From contig OZ024740.1 of assembly GCA_964016885.1 (NCBI GenBank), forward strand, positions 365,118,001 to 365,182,000: a DNA stretch of 64,000 nucleotides. Direction: 5' to 3'. This DNA comes from Eledone cirrhosa (lineage: Eukaryota). A program made the position numbers and the translations under genes. Below the pieces are notes generated by a model. It searched no databases and had not been told where the DNA came from. It was given only the letters and a program-made list of their open reading frames with translations. Shown piece after piece: positions 1 through 13,719 of this stretch. The number at the start of each line of letters is the position of its first letter. The first letter of the stretch is position 1.

Positions 1-168
1 CACAAGGCCAGCAATCACCCAGTGCATTACTGGTACTTTATTTTATCGACCCCGTAAGGATGAAAGGCAAAGTCAACCTCGGCGGGATTTGAACTCAGAT
101 CGTAAAGGGACGTAACTATGCTGGAAAGCATGACGTCCGACCCTCTACCGATACTGCCAATCCACCGC
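1..168 (-). mobile_element. tRNA-derived SINE fragment (Meta-domain-like core)
   Basis: TGGTACTTTATTTTATCGACCCCG.AAGGATGAAAGGCAAAGTCAACCTCGGC followed by GGATTTGAACTC (reverse-complement B-box-like); related copy at about 56420-56540. Confidence 0.65.
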
Positions 169-169
169 A

Positions 170-658
170 ATTGAAATAATGAAATCTAAGGATATCCTAT
201 TAAATAAGCGACAGGAATTAATAATATCGTGTAATCATAAACTGAGAAAAACCTTTAAATATTACAAACCTAATTAATATACACTTTAGAAATTAATATA
301 TAAACTATTTTTAATTTAGTTAACCTATAATTAATATTCTACTACTGATGAACTACATAATTCTACTTTAAATATTATAAACCTAATTAATATACACTTT
401 AGAAATTAATATATAAACTATTTTTAATTTAGTTAACCTATAATTAATATTCTACTACTGATGAACTACATAATTTTGCTTTCCTTCTTACAACTATCAT
501 TTCCTAAAATTGCTACCATTAAGTAAACATATATAATGCTTTAACTTCAGGTTATGACTCTATGTTCCTTGAAAACTATATATATTTATTATTTCTCACT
601 AATAAATTTAATTCCCCCCCACCCAATAATTATATGTATATGTTAGTGTGTATGTGTG

Positions 659-689
<31 letters not shown>

Positions 690-698
690 ATATGCATG

Positions 699-785
<87 letters not shown>

Positions 786-1904
786 TATATGTGTATATAT
801 ATTATATTATATATATATATATATATTATATATATATATTATATATATATTATATATATATATATGTGTGTATATATGTGTGTGTGTATGTGTATATATA
901 TGTATATATATATATATAGATATAAGTATATATATATATATATTATTTTTATATTCTTTTAATTTCCCCTCATCTTTAACAGCACTTTTCAACTGCATCT
1001 TACTCTTATTTATCATACCTATATGTATTAGTATAATTTTATCAATATAAATATACCCATCAATTAAATTAATTTATATTCTTTTCATAGATGTATTTTT
1101 TTCACTAACATTCTTATCGTAAAACTTTAGTCACCTTAGATATTTGTATTGGCATTACTATTTTATAACAGCAACTGCTTGTATACCTTTTACTGACCAC
1201 CTGACCTATTTTCACCCCTAAAATAAGCTTAAATTACTACTATTTTACCATTTGGCCAATTATTAACTTTCTATTGGTTAATTCTAAACCTCTTACCAAA
1301 CAGACAGAATATATTAGATCTTTGTTGGTTTTATTCAATGAACAAATAAAATTATTTCTTAGGTCAGCATAAGACCTAGTTCTTCCCTAAAATAATCCTT
1401 CATTCATAATATTCTTTTCCATCCAAAACAGAAATCTACCTTCCTCTACCCATAATTTAAGGTTCTTCTACTACTATATTACTATCTTGACCCTCACTAT
1501 CTCTCTATTGGTCAATTCAAAACCTGTTCCCAAACAGACCTATTGTATTGAATCTTTGTTTTCAATAAACAAATATCATTATTTCTGAAGACAGCATATA
1601 TATGTGTAGGTATGTATATTCCCTCTGATAGTTTATATAAATATTGTACATAGATCTATAGAATATGCATACCAACTCTAACACATATATATCCTAGAAA
1701 CGATCGTAAAATGATGAATTTTTTTAATATAAGGAACTGTTTCTTTGTTTTATTCATTATGTAATTAATTTATCTTGACTCTGTTTTCCATTTATTTTTC
1801 ACCGAAAGTAGTTTTTGAATACATCTTCTCTTTTCATGATATCCGGATTACATTGAGTTCTTCATACGGATTGGACACGACCGTAAACTTTTGGTAGATT
1901 TATC

Positions 1905-1910
<6 letters not shown>
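170..1910 (+). mobile_element. 5'-truncated PLE 3' end, family G (Hydra-clade-like)
   Basis: About 175-275 translates as KSKDILLNKRQELIISCNHKLRKTFKYYKPN*, matching the LNxRxE..CxH..F C-terminus of the ORFs at 16968 and 19936. Long 3' UTR with a ~114-bp tandem duplication (253-476), HHR, and tail ending in (TA)n. Confidence 0.7.
1576..1717 (+). ncRNA. type I hammerhead ribozyme with long helix II
   Basis: TCATTATTT-CTGAAGA-[helix II ATATATATGTGT...ACACATATATAT]-GAAA-CGATCG-TA-AAATGATGA; 9-bp stem I, palindromic helix III. Confidence 0.8.
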
Positions 1911-3197
<1,287 letters not shown>

Positions 3198-3203
<6 letters not shown>

Positions 3204-3519
3204 TATCGTTTTCGGTGCGCCTGGCCGACTGAACTCACTCGATATGCAAATTAGGCTGCTCAGCCGTTAATTTTCATAAGGAAAGTATATACTTTCGAAC
3301 GTTCAACCATCTGGCAGAAGGGTATACGGTGCTGATGATAGCTAAGAAGCTTGAAACTAGTACATCGTTCCTCTGTCATTGTTGAACAAAAGGTGACGTG
3401 GTTGCCTTAACACCGTACGGCATAAATCAGGCTGTCCGTTTGTTTACAAACGGACAAAGTGGGCGTTATAATAAACGTCCGCTAAACTGATACGTACATA
3501 TATATATGTGTACCTGTAC

Positions 3520-3584
<65 letters not shown>

Positions 3585-3640
3585 TGCTACTGTACGTCTG
3601 TATACATATATGTATGTACGTATACATACATACTTGCATT
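3198..3640 (+). mobile_element. non-coding HHR-containing repeat (retrozyme-like monomer)
   Basis: No ORF; homologous to the tandem element at 59155-60075; contains ATGCAAAT (3244-3251) and an HHR. Confidence 0.65.
3326..3368 (+). ncRNA. minimal type I hammerhead ribozyme
   Basis: ACGGTG-CTGATGA-TAGCT(AAGA)AGCTT-GAAA-CTAG-TA-CATCGT; 6-bp stem I, palindromic ACTAGT helix III, GUA cleavage triplet. Confidence 0.85.
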
Positions 3641-3662
3641 TATATATATATGAATATATATA

Positions 3663-3740
<78 letters not shown>

Positions 3741-3776
3741 TATATATATATATATATATATTCATATATATATATA

Positions 3777-3822
<46 letters not shown>

Positions 3823-3934
3823 TATATATATATATATATATATAATGGAAACATTTTAACAGGAACAAAACAGAGAGGCAGTACAACGAATGTTTATTAA
3901 TTTCACGCTCTGGAGAGTGGGGTGGTGGTGGGGA

Positions 3935-3968
3935 ACGACGTTTCGGGCATAAGCCCTTCCTCAGGTGA
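3935..3968 (-). ncRNA. minimal HHR core, family A (stem I only 2 bp)
   Basis: CTGAGGA-AGGGC(TTAT)GCCC-GAAA-CG-TC; second copy CTGAAGA... at 29042-29070 (+). Confidence 0.6.
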
Positions 3969-4263
3969 GAAGTGTGTGGGAACTGAGTTCAAAGGGTGTG
4001 TAGGGGAGTGGTGGAGAGACATATAGCGAAAGGAAACGGTGCGAATGAAATTAAAAATAAAAATAAAAATACAGCATGATCAAAATACAAGGAATGAAAT
4101 AAAATTAAATATAAAAGCATGATCAAAATAAACTGAAATTAAAAAGGGGTAAAACAGGTGGTGGAGGGTGTGGGGTGTGTAGGCGTGGTGGCGGGTGGAG
4201 TGGGGAGAGGGAGACGGGGTGTCCGAGCGGGGAGGGCTGAAGGTGGTGTGTGTGTGTAGGTGT

Positions 4264-4301
<38 letters not shown>

Positions 4302-5442
4302 TGAAAGTAAGGGTTGGGGGAAGAACGGGGTTGCATGTTCAGGAAGAGGTGTGTGTGTGGGGGGGGGGTTGTAGGTCGGAGTGTCTGTGCGTGTGTGGAT
4401 AGAGGGGTGGGGGGAGAGGAATCAGGAGGCTGAGGGTGTAAATATGTGGTGGAAAGCACGTGTGTGTGGGGTTTAAGCGTGTTGTGGGTGTAGGTGGCGT
4501 GTGTAGAAAAATTGTTTGGGGGTGTGTGTGTGGGTGAGTTATATAGGTGATTCCGTAAGAGGATGGTTAAAAAGTTGGTAAATTCCTATGATGTTTAGTA
4601 GATTCCGTGGTGGTCAAGTTCCACATACGAGTATTCCATGAAGAGATGGTCGGAAGAGGAGAGATGTGGGGTGCGCGCGCAACAGGAAGTGGTCAAGCAG
4701 TGGGAGTGCTGTGTGTCTGTTTGTGCTGGGAGGTGGTCAGAGGGCATAGCAGCAGTCGGTGGAATGGTAAAGGGACGAGGATGGGTAGGTGTGAAAGTCG
4801 GAGTGAGGAGGGTGTGTGTGTGTGTATTAGTAGAGATGTTAGTGGGATGAGTGAGTGTGGATCGAGGGTGTGGGTGGAGCGGGGAGAGAAGGGTGTGTGT
4901 AGTTCTATGGAGGGAGTTTGGTGTACTGGTGTGTGTGTAGTTTGATGAAGGGGGTGTTAGTATACGGGAGGTTCGGGAAGGGTTGAATGCAGGTGTGAGT
5001 GGGGGTTAGTGGTGGTAGGGTGTGTAGAGTTGGTGGTGTACGAGGGTGGTTGGGTACGTGTGCGTGGGGTTGGGGGTGTTAGTGATGTTAGTTGCGTGTG
5101 GGGTGGGTGGTGTAAGTGGGTGCGTGTGTTCGTGTGCTTGGGGTCAGGGGGTGTTAGTGAGGTTAGTTGCGGGGTGGTGGGATGGAGGTGTGGTGGTGGT
5201 AGGGTGTGTGTTTAGTGTGAGCGCGTGTATATATGTGCCGGTGGGTGTGTGCGTGTGATAAGGAGGGAGGAGGAGGAGAAGAAGGGAGGGATGTTAGTAT
5301 GTTAGTTGGGGAAGGGTGGTCGGATGAGGGGTGGAGTGGAGGTGTTAGTATTGTTAGTTGTGGGTGGGCGGTGAAAAGGAGGGGTGTGTTAGTGGTGTTA
5401 GTAGGGGATAAGTGTGGGGGGAGGGGGGGGGGGGGTCGAAGG

Positions 5443-6886
5443 CTAAAGGAATAAGGGTGGGGAGTTCAGGCCGGGGGGAGTGTGGGTCTGTAAGATGAAG
5501 ATAGTTCTTTGTTCGACTCTAAGGCGATTGGCGGGTGTTCCATGGCATTGGAGTAGGCCACAGACTGTGAGATTGCGTGCGGAATGTCCAGGGCCACCAA
5601 AGTGGCGGGCGATGGGGGAACTACCACCGAGACGAATATCCCGGAGGTGCTCAGTGAATCGGTCCGCCAGGCGACGTCCCGTCTGTCCGACATAAGTCGG
5701 TAGAATTCCGTAGACTAGGTTGGAGGAGGTGCAGCGTAAGGCATGCCGGGCAGAGAGATAGTGGCCGTTGGGACCCTGGAATGTGGTAGTGTTGGTGATG
5801 TGGAGACAGGTGTTGCAGCGGGGCCTAGAACAGGGAAAGGAACCGGGGGGGGGGGCAGAGCGTGGGTTGGGGTGTAGGGGGCTGTGGACGAGGAGGGTGC
5901 GGAGATTGCGTGCGCGTTTGAAGGAGGGGAGTGGTGGGGTTGGGAAGATGTGGGAGGTGGAGGGGTCGGACTGGAGGCGTCGGAAGAGGCGGCGGATGGT
6001 GCGGTGGAGGGGTAAGGTGGAGGGGTGGTAGGTGATGGGGAAGGGGAGACAGTGGGTGGGTGTGCGGTGGCGTGGGGTGAGGGTGGTGGAGCGGTGGACA
6101 GCACGGGCGCGGGTGAGAGCGGTGTGGACGAGAGAGGGGGGTACCCTCTGCGGATGTAATGGCTGACGAGGGAAAGGGCCTGGGACTCAAAGTCAGCATC
6201 TCGGCTACAGAGGCGGCAGATCCTGAGGAGTTGGGAGTAGGGAATGAAGTGTTTAATGTGGGTGGGGTGGGAAGAGGTGAAGTCGAGGTAAAAGCGGGAG
6301 TCGGTGGGTTTGAAGAAGGCAGAGGTGACGAGGGAGTGGTGGGAGGGGTCGAAGGCGACGGAGATGTCTAAGAAGTGGACATGGGTGGTGGAGATAGAGG
6401 TGGTGAAGTGGAGGGAGGGGTGGAAGGAGCGGAAGAAGGAGAGAAAGGAGTCGAGCTGTTCTCGGGTGAGGGTCGTGGCTCCGATACAGTCGTCGATGTA
6501 ACGACCGTACAGTTCGGGCGTGGGGCCGGTGTACTGGGCAAAGATTTGGGCCTCAACATGGCCAACAAAAAGCTTGGCATAGTTCGGGCCCATTCTTGTA
6601 CCCATGGCTACTACCGTGACCTGTTGGTAAAACTCACCCGAGAAGGAGAAACAATTGAGGGTGAGGACCAGCTCAGCGAGGCGAAGGAGGGTGGGGGTGG
6701 AGGGAATGGGGGAGGGGCGAAGGTCGAGGTAGTGTTTGAGGGCGCGTAGGCCATCGGCGTGGGAGATGACGGTGTAGAGGGACTTGATGTCTAGGGTGAA
6801 GAGGAAGGGCTGTGGGCCGGGTGGGTAGGTGAAGGAGTCGAAAAGGCGCAGGGCGTGGTTGGTGTCAGAGATGTGGGAGGGGAGGG
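5443..6886 (-). pseudogene. frameshifted PLE reverse transcriptase / GIY-YIG endonuclease
   Basis: ORF 5715..6926 loses frame after RRGYP; the endonuclease is read in another frame from about 5700 to the stop at 5443. Confidence 0.85.
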
Positions 6887-6921
6887 TGTTTCTTATTGGC
6901 AACATGACCCTCCCAAAGTAT

Positions 6922-6986
<65 letters not shown>

Positions 6987-7542
6987 TATATATATATATA
7001 TATATATATGAATATATTGTTATATTTGGGGAGGGTCATATTTGCGTAATATTGCCAGAATTAATAACAGAACACACTCACTGTTTGGTTGGTTTTCGCT
7101 TCTCGCTGTCTTTTATATATATATATCTGCGATCTAACTTACTCGGTCCTCAATGTTGCCATTGACTGACCGGCGGTCAAAAATAATACAGATACAATAT
7201 AGACAAACACATATATATATAGTTTACATAAATCTTTCGTTGCACATCTGCAACATCGTCAGTGGTGTTATATTCATTGTTCCTCCTGTTGTGTTGTATG
7301 TCTACGCCATTTTTTTTTTTGTTCAGTCTGTCTATATATTTATTTATTTATTTGCTTGTTTGTTTATCTTATTTTATTTTGTCTTCTTTGCGCATGCGTT
7401 TGCGTGTGTGTATAGTGTTATGTGTGATGTGTGATGTGTGACTAGTGTGTATAGTGTTGTCTGCTGGGTGACTAGTGTGTGTTTATGTGCTTGTGTATGT
7501 ATTTATTTATCTTATTTTATTTAATTTAATTTACTTATTTAT

Positions 7543-9137
7543 TTATACTTCTCTTAGGTCAGTGTTGTTTGTTTGGGTGTTGTTGTTGTTCCACTCATTC
7601 TTTCTGTTTAGCTTTGGTCTTCTAATTTCTATTTCACTGGCCTCTCTGATTTGCCTATCTGCTGGGTCATTCCTATGTTTAGATATTATTCTAATTTCTA
7701 TGTTGTCTATGTTACCGTCATGATGTTGTCTAGCATGTTCGTATAGTACTGACCCGTTTTTTCGTCCTTTTAGTTCCCCCCAGTGTTGGTCTATCCTTTC
7801 ACCTATGCTACGAGCTGTCTCACCTATGTATGTTGTTGTCGTGTTTCTGCAAGTACCCTCTGTACATCTTATGCTATAGACTACGTTTCTAGTTTTACAG
7901 TTTATCCGGGGGTTCACCTTACATATGATACATTTCCTATTGGTACAGTGGGTTTTCTTAAAAGGGTAGGTTTTGCTGATCAGGGATTTTATGGTGGTTC
8001 CTGGCTTTTCTACCACCTTTATTTTTAAGTGGGTCTTTCTCAGGGCCTTTCTACACTGGTTAGCTAATTTCCCTCCAGGGGTGGCGTCCACAAACATGAC
8101 ACTCTGATATCTCTGGTTGTCGTACCATGATGTGGCCTTCCCTATCTTATGTCTAGCCCTATCTAAGCTATTCCATGATTTGCTCCTGTATAGTGGGCAA
8201 ATTCCTTTCATGTCCAGTTCTATGAGGGTCTTATACTTTTCCATGGCTCCTTCGTATACTCTGACTCTGTCTCTTTGGTTGTAGCCAGAGAACTGCATGC
8301 GGTTGATGAAGTGTTGGATGTGTCCTTCCATTTCTGTTGGGTCGCACATGCTGGACACATTCTTCATCACTCGTACCAAATCTGCGATCAGAATATTAAA
8401 CTTAGCACTACTGGACATTGCTGAGTTTTTGAGTATCAGGTATTTGGAGGCCATGGGTTTAGCATAGTGTGAGTGGAGAATTTGGGCTCTCTCGTCTATA
8501 GTGTTAATCCAGAGTTCTGTGTCTAATACAGGTAGTCTATTGTTAGGGTGTTTGGAAGGGAAGTCTATAGTTACAGTTATACTCTGGTGTATGGAATTAG
8601 CTATCTGCTGGATGCTTTCCATCGTGCTACGTTCTAAATCAAACTTGTTAGTGCTCTCTAGTGGGGGTGTTCTTATAACTATATTGATATCGTCTACATA
8701 ACGAGAGTACATGATGAGGTCTATGGAGCTTTCATTAAGGAGATCTTTAAGTCTCCTTTCCCACCATACCATGAAAAGGTTGGCAACATCGCCAGCTATG
8801 CTGACGCCGATGGCTGCTCCCTCATTTTGGGTGTAGATTTTCTCATTGAACTTAAATATGTGGCCCTTTAGGGTAGTTTTGATACTAGCCCCTATTGCAT
8901 GTGCGACCATTTTTCTTACCTGATCAGTGTTTTGGGGGGTCCGTATAGCTTTGGTCCACCCAATCCACCTTCCTATGGGAGTCTTTTTAGCCATTGAGGT
9001 TATGGTGGGGGGTCTACCTCTTATAGGTCTACTAGGGCAGAAACATCTAAGGTCATGGCTGTCTAGGTAGTCAGTGTCGTAGGTAAGTCTAAGTAGGAGG
9101 CCCAGTTCGTCTGTGTCGACGTCGCAGAACTCCACCT
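7543..9137 (-). CDS. 5'-truncated PLE RT-GIY-YIG ORF (left arm)
   Basis: GAAIGVSIAGDVANLFM, YSRYVDD, CTNRKCIIC, VVY...YIGET...R...H; uninterrupted but lacks the N-terminal RT motifs. Confidence 0.85.
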
Positions 9138-9145
9138 CACTCTCA

Positions 9146-10744
9146 ATGAAGGTGGAGTTCTGCGACGTCGACACAGACGAACTGGGCCTCCTACTTAGAC
9201 TTACCTACGACACTGACTACCTAGACAGCCATGACCTTAGATGTTTCTGCCCTAGTAGACCTATAAGAGGTAGACCCCCCACCATAACCTCAATGGCTAA
9301 AAAGACTCCCATAGGAAGGTGGATTGGGTGGACCAAAGCTATACGGACCCCCCAAAACACTGATCAGGTAAGAAAAATGGTCGCACATGCAATAGGGGCT
9401 AGTATCAAAACTACCCTAAAGGGCCACATATTTAAGTTCAATGAGAAAATCTACACCCAAAATGAGGGAGCAGCCATCGGCGTCAGCATAGCTGGCGATG
9501 TTGCCAACCTTTTCATGGTATGGTGGGAAAGGAGACTTAAAGATCTCCTTAATGAAAGCTCCATAGACCTCATCATGTACTCTCGTTATGTAGACGATAT
9601 CAATATAGTTATAAGAACACCCCCACTAGAGAGCACTAACAAGTTTGATTTAGAACGTAGCACGATGGAAAGCATCCAGCAGATAGCTAATTCCATACAC
9701 CAGAGTATAACTGTAACTATAGACTTCCCTTCCAAACACCCTAACAATAGACTACCTGTATTAGACACAGAACTCTGGATTAACACTATAGACGAGAGAG
9801 CCCAAATTCTCCACTCACACTATGCTAAACCCATGGCCTCCAAATACCTGATACTCAAAAACTCAGCAATGTCCAGTAGTGCTAAGTTTAATATTCTGAT
9901 CGCAGATTTGGTACGAGTGATGAAGAATGTGTCCAGCATGTGCGACCCAACAGAAATGGAAGGACACATCCAACACTTCATCAACCGCATGCAGTTCTCT
10001 GGCTACAACCAAAGAGACAGAGTCAGAGTATACGAAGGAGCCATGGAAAAGTATAAGACCCTCATAGAACTGGACATGAAAGGAATTTGCCCACTATACA
10101 GGAGCAAATCATGGAATAGCTTAGATAGGGCTAGACATAAGATAGGGAAGGCCACATCATGGTACGACAACCAGAGATATCAGAGTGTCATGTTTGTGGA
10201 CGCCACCCCTGGAGGGAAATTAGCTAACCAGTGTAGAAAGGCCCTGAGAAAGACCCACTTAAAAATAAAGGTGGTAGAAAAGCCAGGAACCACCATAAAA
10301 TCCCTGATCAGCAAAACCTACCCTTTTAAGAAAACCCACTGTACCAATAGGAAATGTATCATATGTAAGGTGAACCCCCGGATAAACTGTAAAACTAGAA
10401 ACGTAGTCTATAGCATAAGATGTACAGAGGGTACTTGCAGAAACACGACAACAACATACATAGGTGAGACAGCTCGTAGCATAGGTGAAAGGATAGACCA
10501 ACACTGGGGGGAACTAAAAGGACGAAAAAACGGGTCAGTACTATACGAACATGCTAGACAACATCATGACGGTAACATAGACAACATAGAAATTAGAATA
10601 ATATCTAAACATAGGAATGACCCAGCAGATAGGCAAATCAGAGAGGCCAGTGAAATAGAAATTAGAAGACCAAAGCTAAACAGAAAGAATGAGTGGAACA
10701 ACAACAACACCCAAACAAACAACACTGACCTAAGAGAAGTATAA
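9146..10744 (+). CDS. 5'-truncated PLE RT-GIY-YIG ORF (right arm)
   Basis: Mirror of 7543-9137. Confidence 0.85.
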   Translation: MKVEFCDVDTDELGLLLRLTYDTDYLDSHDLRCFCPSRPIRGRPPTITSMAKKTPIGRWIGWTKAIRTPQNTDQVRKMVAHAIGASIKTTLKGHIFKFNEKIYTQNEGAAIGVSIAGDVANLFMVWWERRLKDLLNESSIDLIMYSRYVDDINIVIRTPPLESTNKFDLERSTMESIQQIANSIHQSITVTIDFPSKHPNNRLPVLDTELWINTIDERAQILHSHYAKPMASKYLILKNSAMSSSAKFNILIADLVRVMKNVSSMCDPTEMEGHIQHFINRMQFSGYNQRDRVRVYEGAMEKYKTLIELDMKGICPLYRSKSWNSLDRARHKIGKATSWYDNQRYQSVMFVDATPGGKLANQCRKALRKTHLKIKVVEKPGTTIKSLISKTYPFKKTHCTNRKCIICKVNPRINCKTRNVVYSIRCTEGTCRNTTTTYIGETARSIGERIDQHWGELKGRKNGSVLYEHARQHHDGNIDNIEIRIISKHRNDPADRQIREASEIEIRRPKLNRKNEWNNNNTQTNNTDLREV

Positions 10745-11020
10745 ATAAATAAGTAAATTAAATTAAATAAAATAAGATAAATAAATACATACACAAGCAC
10801 ATAAACACACACTAGTCACCCAGCAGACAACACTATACACACTAGTCACACATCACACATCACACATAACACTATACACACACGCAAACGCATGCGCAAA
10901 GAAGACAAAATAAAATAAGATAAACAAACAAGCAAATAAATAAATAAATATATAGACAGACTGAACAAAAAAAAAAATGGCGTAGACATACAACACAACA
11001 GGAGGAACAATGAATATAAC

Positions 11021-11061
11021 ACCACTGACGATGTTGCAGATGTGCAACGAAAGATTTATGT
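11021..11061 (+). ncRNA. HHR motif, family B (weak stem I)
   Basis: CTGACGA-T-GTTGCA(GATG)TGCAAC-GAAA-GATT-TA; mirror at about 7226-7266. Confidence 0.65.
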
Positions 11062-11336
11062 AAACTATATATATATGTGTTTGTCTATATTGTATCTGTA
11101 TTATTTTTGACCGCCGGTCAGTCAATGGCAACATTGAGGACCGAGTAAGTTAGATCGCAGATATATATATATAAAAGACAGCGAGAAGCGAAAACCAACC
11201 AAACAGTGAGTGTGTTCTGTTATTAATTCTGGCAATATTACGCAAATATGACCCTCCCCAAATATAACAATATCTGTTTCGACACACGATTTCATATAAA
11301 AAACCTCGCAAAACTAATATATGAATATATATATAT

Positions 11337-11860
11337 ATAAATCAGGAAAGAAGGTTTACATGGTTTGCTATACAAAAAAGTTTTTAATCACATAGCTTAC
11401 ATTTGTTTCACTGAACTGGTATGTCTAGAGATCGCTATCCGCCTAATTTTGCGTCACTCGATCGCCAATACAGAATTATAACCAGTCAGATCTTCGGAGC
11501 ATGCGAGAATGAAGAAAATACACAGGCAAGAAAATAAAAGAAAATATGGAGTAGTTATGGCATTCAATTAGAACAATAAACAACAACAATTATTACAACA
11601 ATGCTATCAATAAACTATTTAAGGAGACCCTGACATTACTTAGGTGGGGGGTATATAATGTATCTAATGTTACAGCGTGAAAACCAGCTGTCATAAGGCA
11701 AAAAGTATCGTAGTGTGTATCAATTTTAAATTATAAAGATAAGCTAGTTTTTACAGTCTTTCTCTTCATCTTCAACCGTATACATGAGTGGGACCACTGT
11801 CAAAGCTCAATAGTTGTAGAGTTAATACAGAGGTTAACGAATTAATATACGCATATATCT

Positions 11861-11943
<83 letters not shown>

Positions 11944-12706
11944 AATATAAATACATATACACATATATGTGTACATAGACACATACATACACACTAATAT
12001 ACACTCGTACAAAAATATACATACATGCAAAGAGAAAAGCGTGCTAATTGTAATATGGCAAAAAGAAGGTAAAGTAACATTGTAGTAGTGAAATGAGAAA
12101 AACTAGGATCTAGGATCAAATGATTGCAGCAGCTGAGAAGGAGTAAGAGTGTTGGTAGAAGAGGTATTTACAGACTATTGTGTGGTATAGACTTGTGAAG
12201 GAAATAGTATACTTAATGAATATATTTCTGTGGGTAGTAGGTATCCTAATTTAAAGCTATGTTATGTTGGTTCGATTCACGGAGGTTTGAATCTTATGAA
12301 TTTAGTGGCTATTCTATGCCTGCAGAAGATAGATCTTTCTAACTTATTATTAAGTAGTCTTTTAACATTTCTAAGGATATACAATAGCTCAAGATCACAC
12401 AGCCCGCAATAGGACATACCTGAAATATATTCATTAAGTATACTATTTCCTTCACAAGTCTATACCACACAATAGTCTGTAAATACCTCTTCTACCAACA
12501 CTCTTACTCCTTCTCAGCTGCTGCAATCATTTGATCCTAGATCCTAGTTTTTCTCATTTCACTACTACAATGTTACTTTACCTTCTTTTTGCCATATTAC
12601 AATTAGCACGCTTTTCTCTTTGCATGTATGTATATTTTTGTACGAGTGTATATTAGTGTGTATGTATGTGTCTATGTACACATATATGTGTATATGTATT
12701 TATATT

Positions 12707-12779
<73 letters not shown>

Positions 12780-13470
12780 AGATATATGCGTATATTAATT
12801 CGTTAACCTCTGTATTAACTCTACAACTATTGAGCTTTGACAGTGGTCCCACTCATGTATACGGTTGAAGATGAAGAGAAAGACTGTAAAAACTAGCTTA
12901 TCTTTATAATTTAAAATTGATACACACTACGATACTTTTTGCCTTATGACAGCTGGTTTTCACGCTGTAACATTAGATACATTATATACCCCCCACCTAA
13001 GTAATGTCAGGGTCTCCTTAAATAGTTTATTGATAGCATTGTTGTAATAATTGTTGTTGTTTATTGTTCTAATTGAATGCCATAACTACTCCATATTTTC
13101 TTTTATTTTCTTGCCTGTGTATTTTCTTCATTCTCGCATGCTCCGAAGATCTGACTGGTTATAATTCTGTATTGGCGATCGAGTGACGCAAAATTAGGCG
13201 GATAGCGATCTCTAGACATACCAGTTCAGTGAAACAAATGTAAGCTATGTGATTAAAAACTTTTTTGTATAGCAAACCATGTAAACCTTCTTTCCTGATT
13301 TATTATTACTCCAAGTGTTTACAACATAGGAATTACAGCATACCCGCAGCATCACTATGAAAACGCCTTGTTGAGTCAAACCAAGCCAAGCGTTAATATC
13401 ATCCACTACCTGGAATACCATAACTGGACTTCACCTAAGTGGACTGCATTTAACTATTATTTGTTAATCC

Positions 13471-13471
<1 letters not shown>
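11337..13471. mobile_element. PLE family D (Hydra-like) inverted two-arm remnant
   Basis: Arms 11337-12228 and 12422-13303, tail 13304-13471. The spacer's minus strand encodes YCGLCDLELLYILRNVKRLLNNKLERSIFCRH...FKPP*. Confidence 0.85.
13137..13249 (+). ncRNA. HHR with CCGAAGA core variant
   Basis: CATGCT-CCGAAGA-T-CTGACTGGT...ACCAGTTCAG-T-GAAA-CAAATG-TA-AGCTATG; mirror at about 11391-11503. Confidence 0.65.
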
Positions 13472-13537
<66 letters not shown>

Positions 13538-13583
13538 TATATATATATATATATATATGAATATATATATATATATATATATA

Positions 13584-13661
<78 letters not shown>

Positions 13662-13678
13662 TATATATATATATATTC

Positions 13679-13714
<36 letters not shown>

Positions 13715-13719
<5 letters not shown>

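Larger units (their letters stand above)
3845..6886 (-). mobile_element. Neptune-like PLE, family A, 5'-truncated
   Basis: RT motifs (LDIKSLYT, AMGTRMGPNYA, YGRYIDD), C-x4-C-x2-C linker and GIY-YIG (YVGQTGRRLADRFTEH...GLN) across frameshifts; C-rich 3' UTR; HHR core near the 3' end. Confidence 0.9.
7014..11319. mobile_element. PLE family B as a 2 x 2124-bp inverted duplication plus 46-nt tail
   Basis: 7014-9137 is the reverse complement of 9150-11273, with a 12-nt spacer; the mirrored ORFs translate identically. Confidence 0.95.

Noticed and set aside
345-470. CTGATGA at about 345 and 458 as HHR cores
   Set aside because: No downstream helix II or GAAA; part of a 114-bp tandem duplication.
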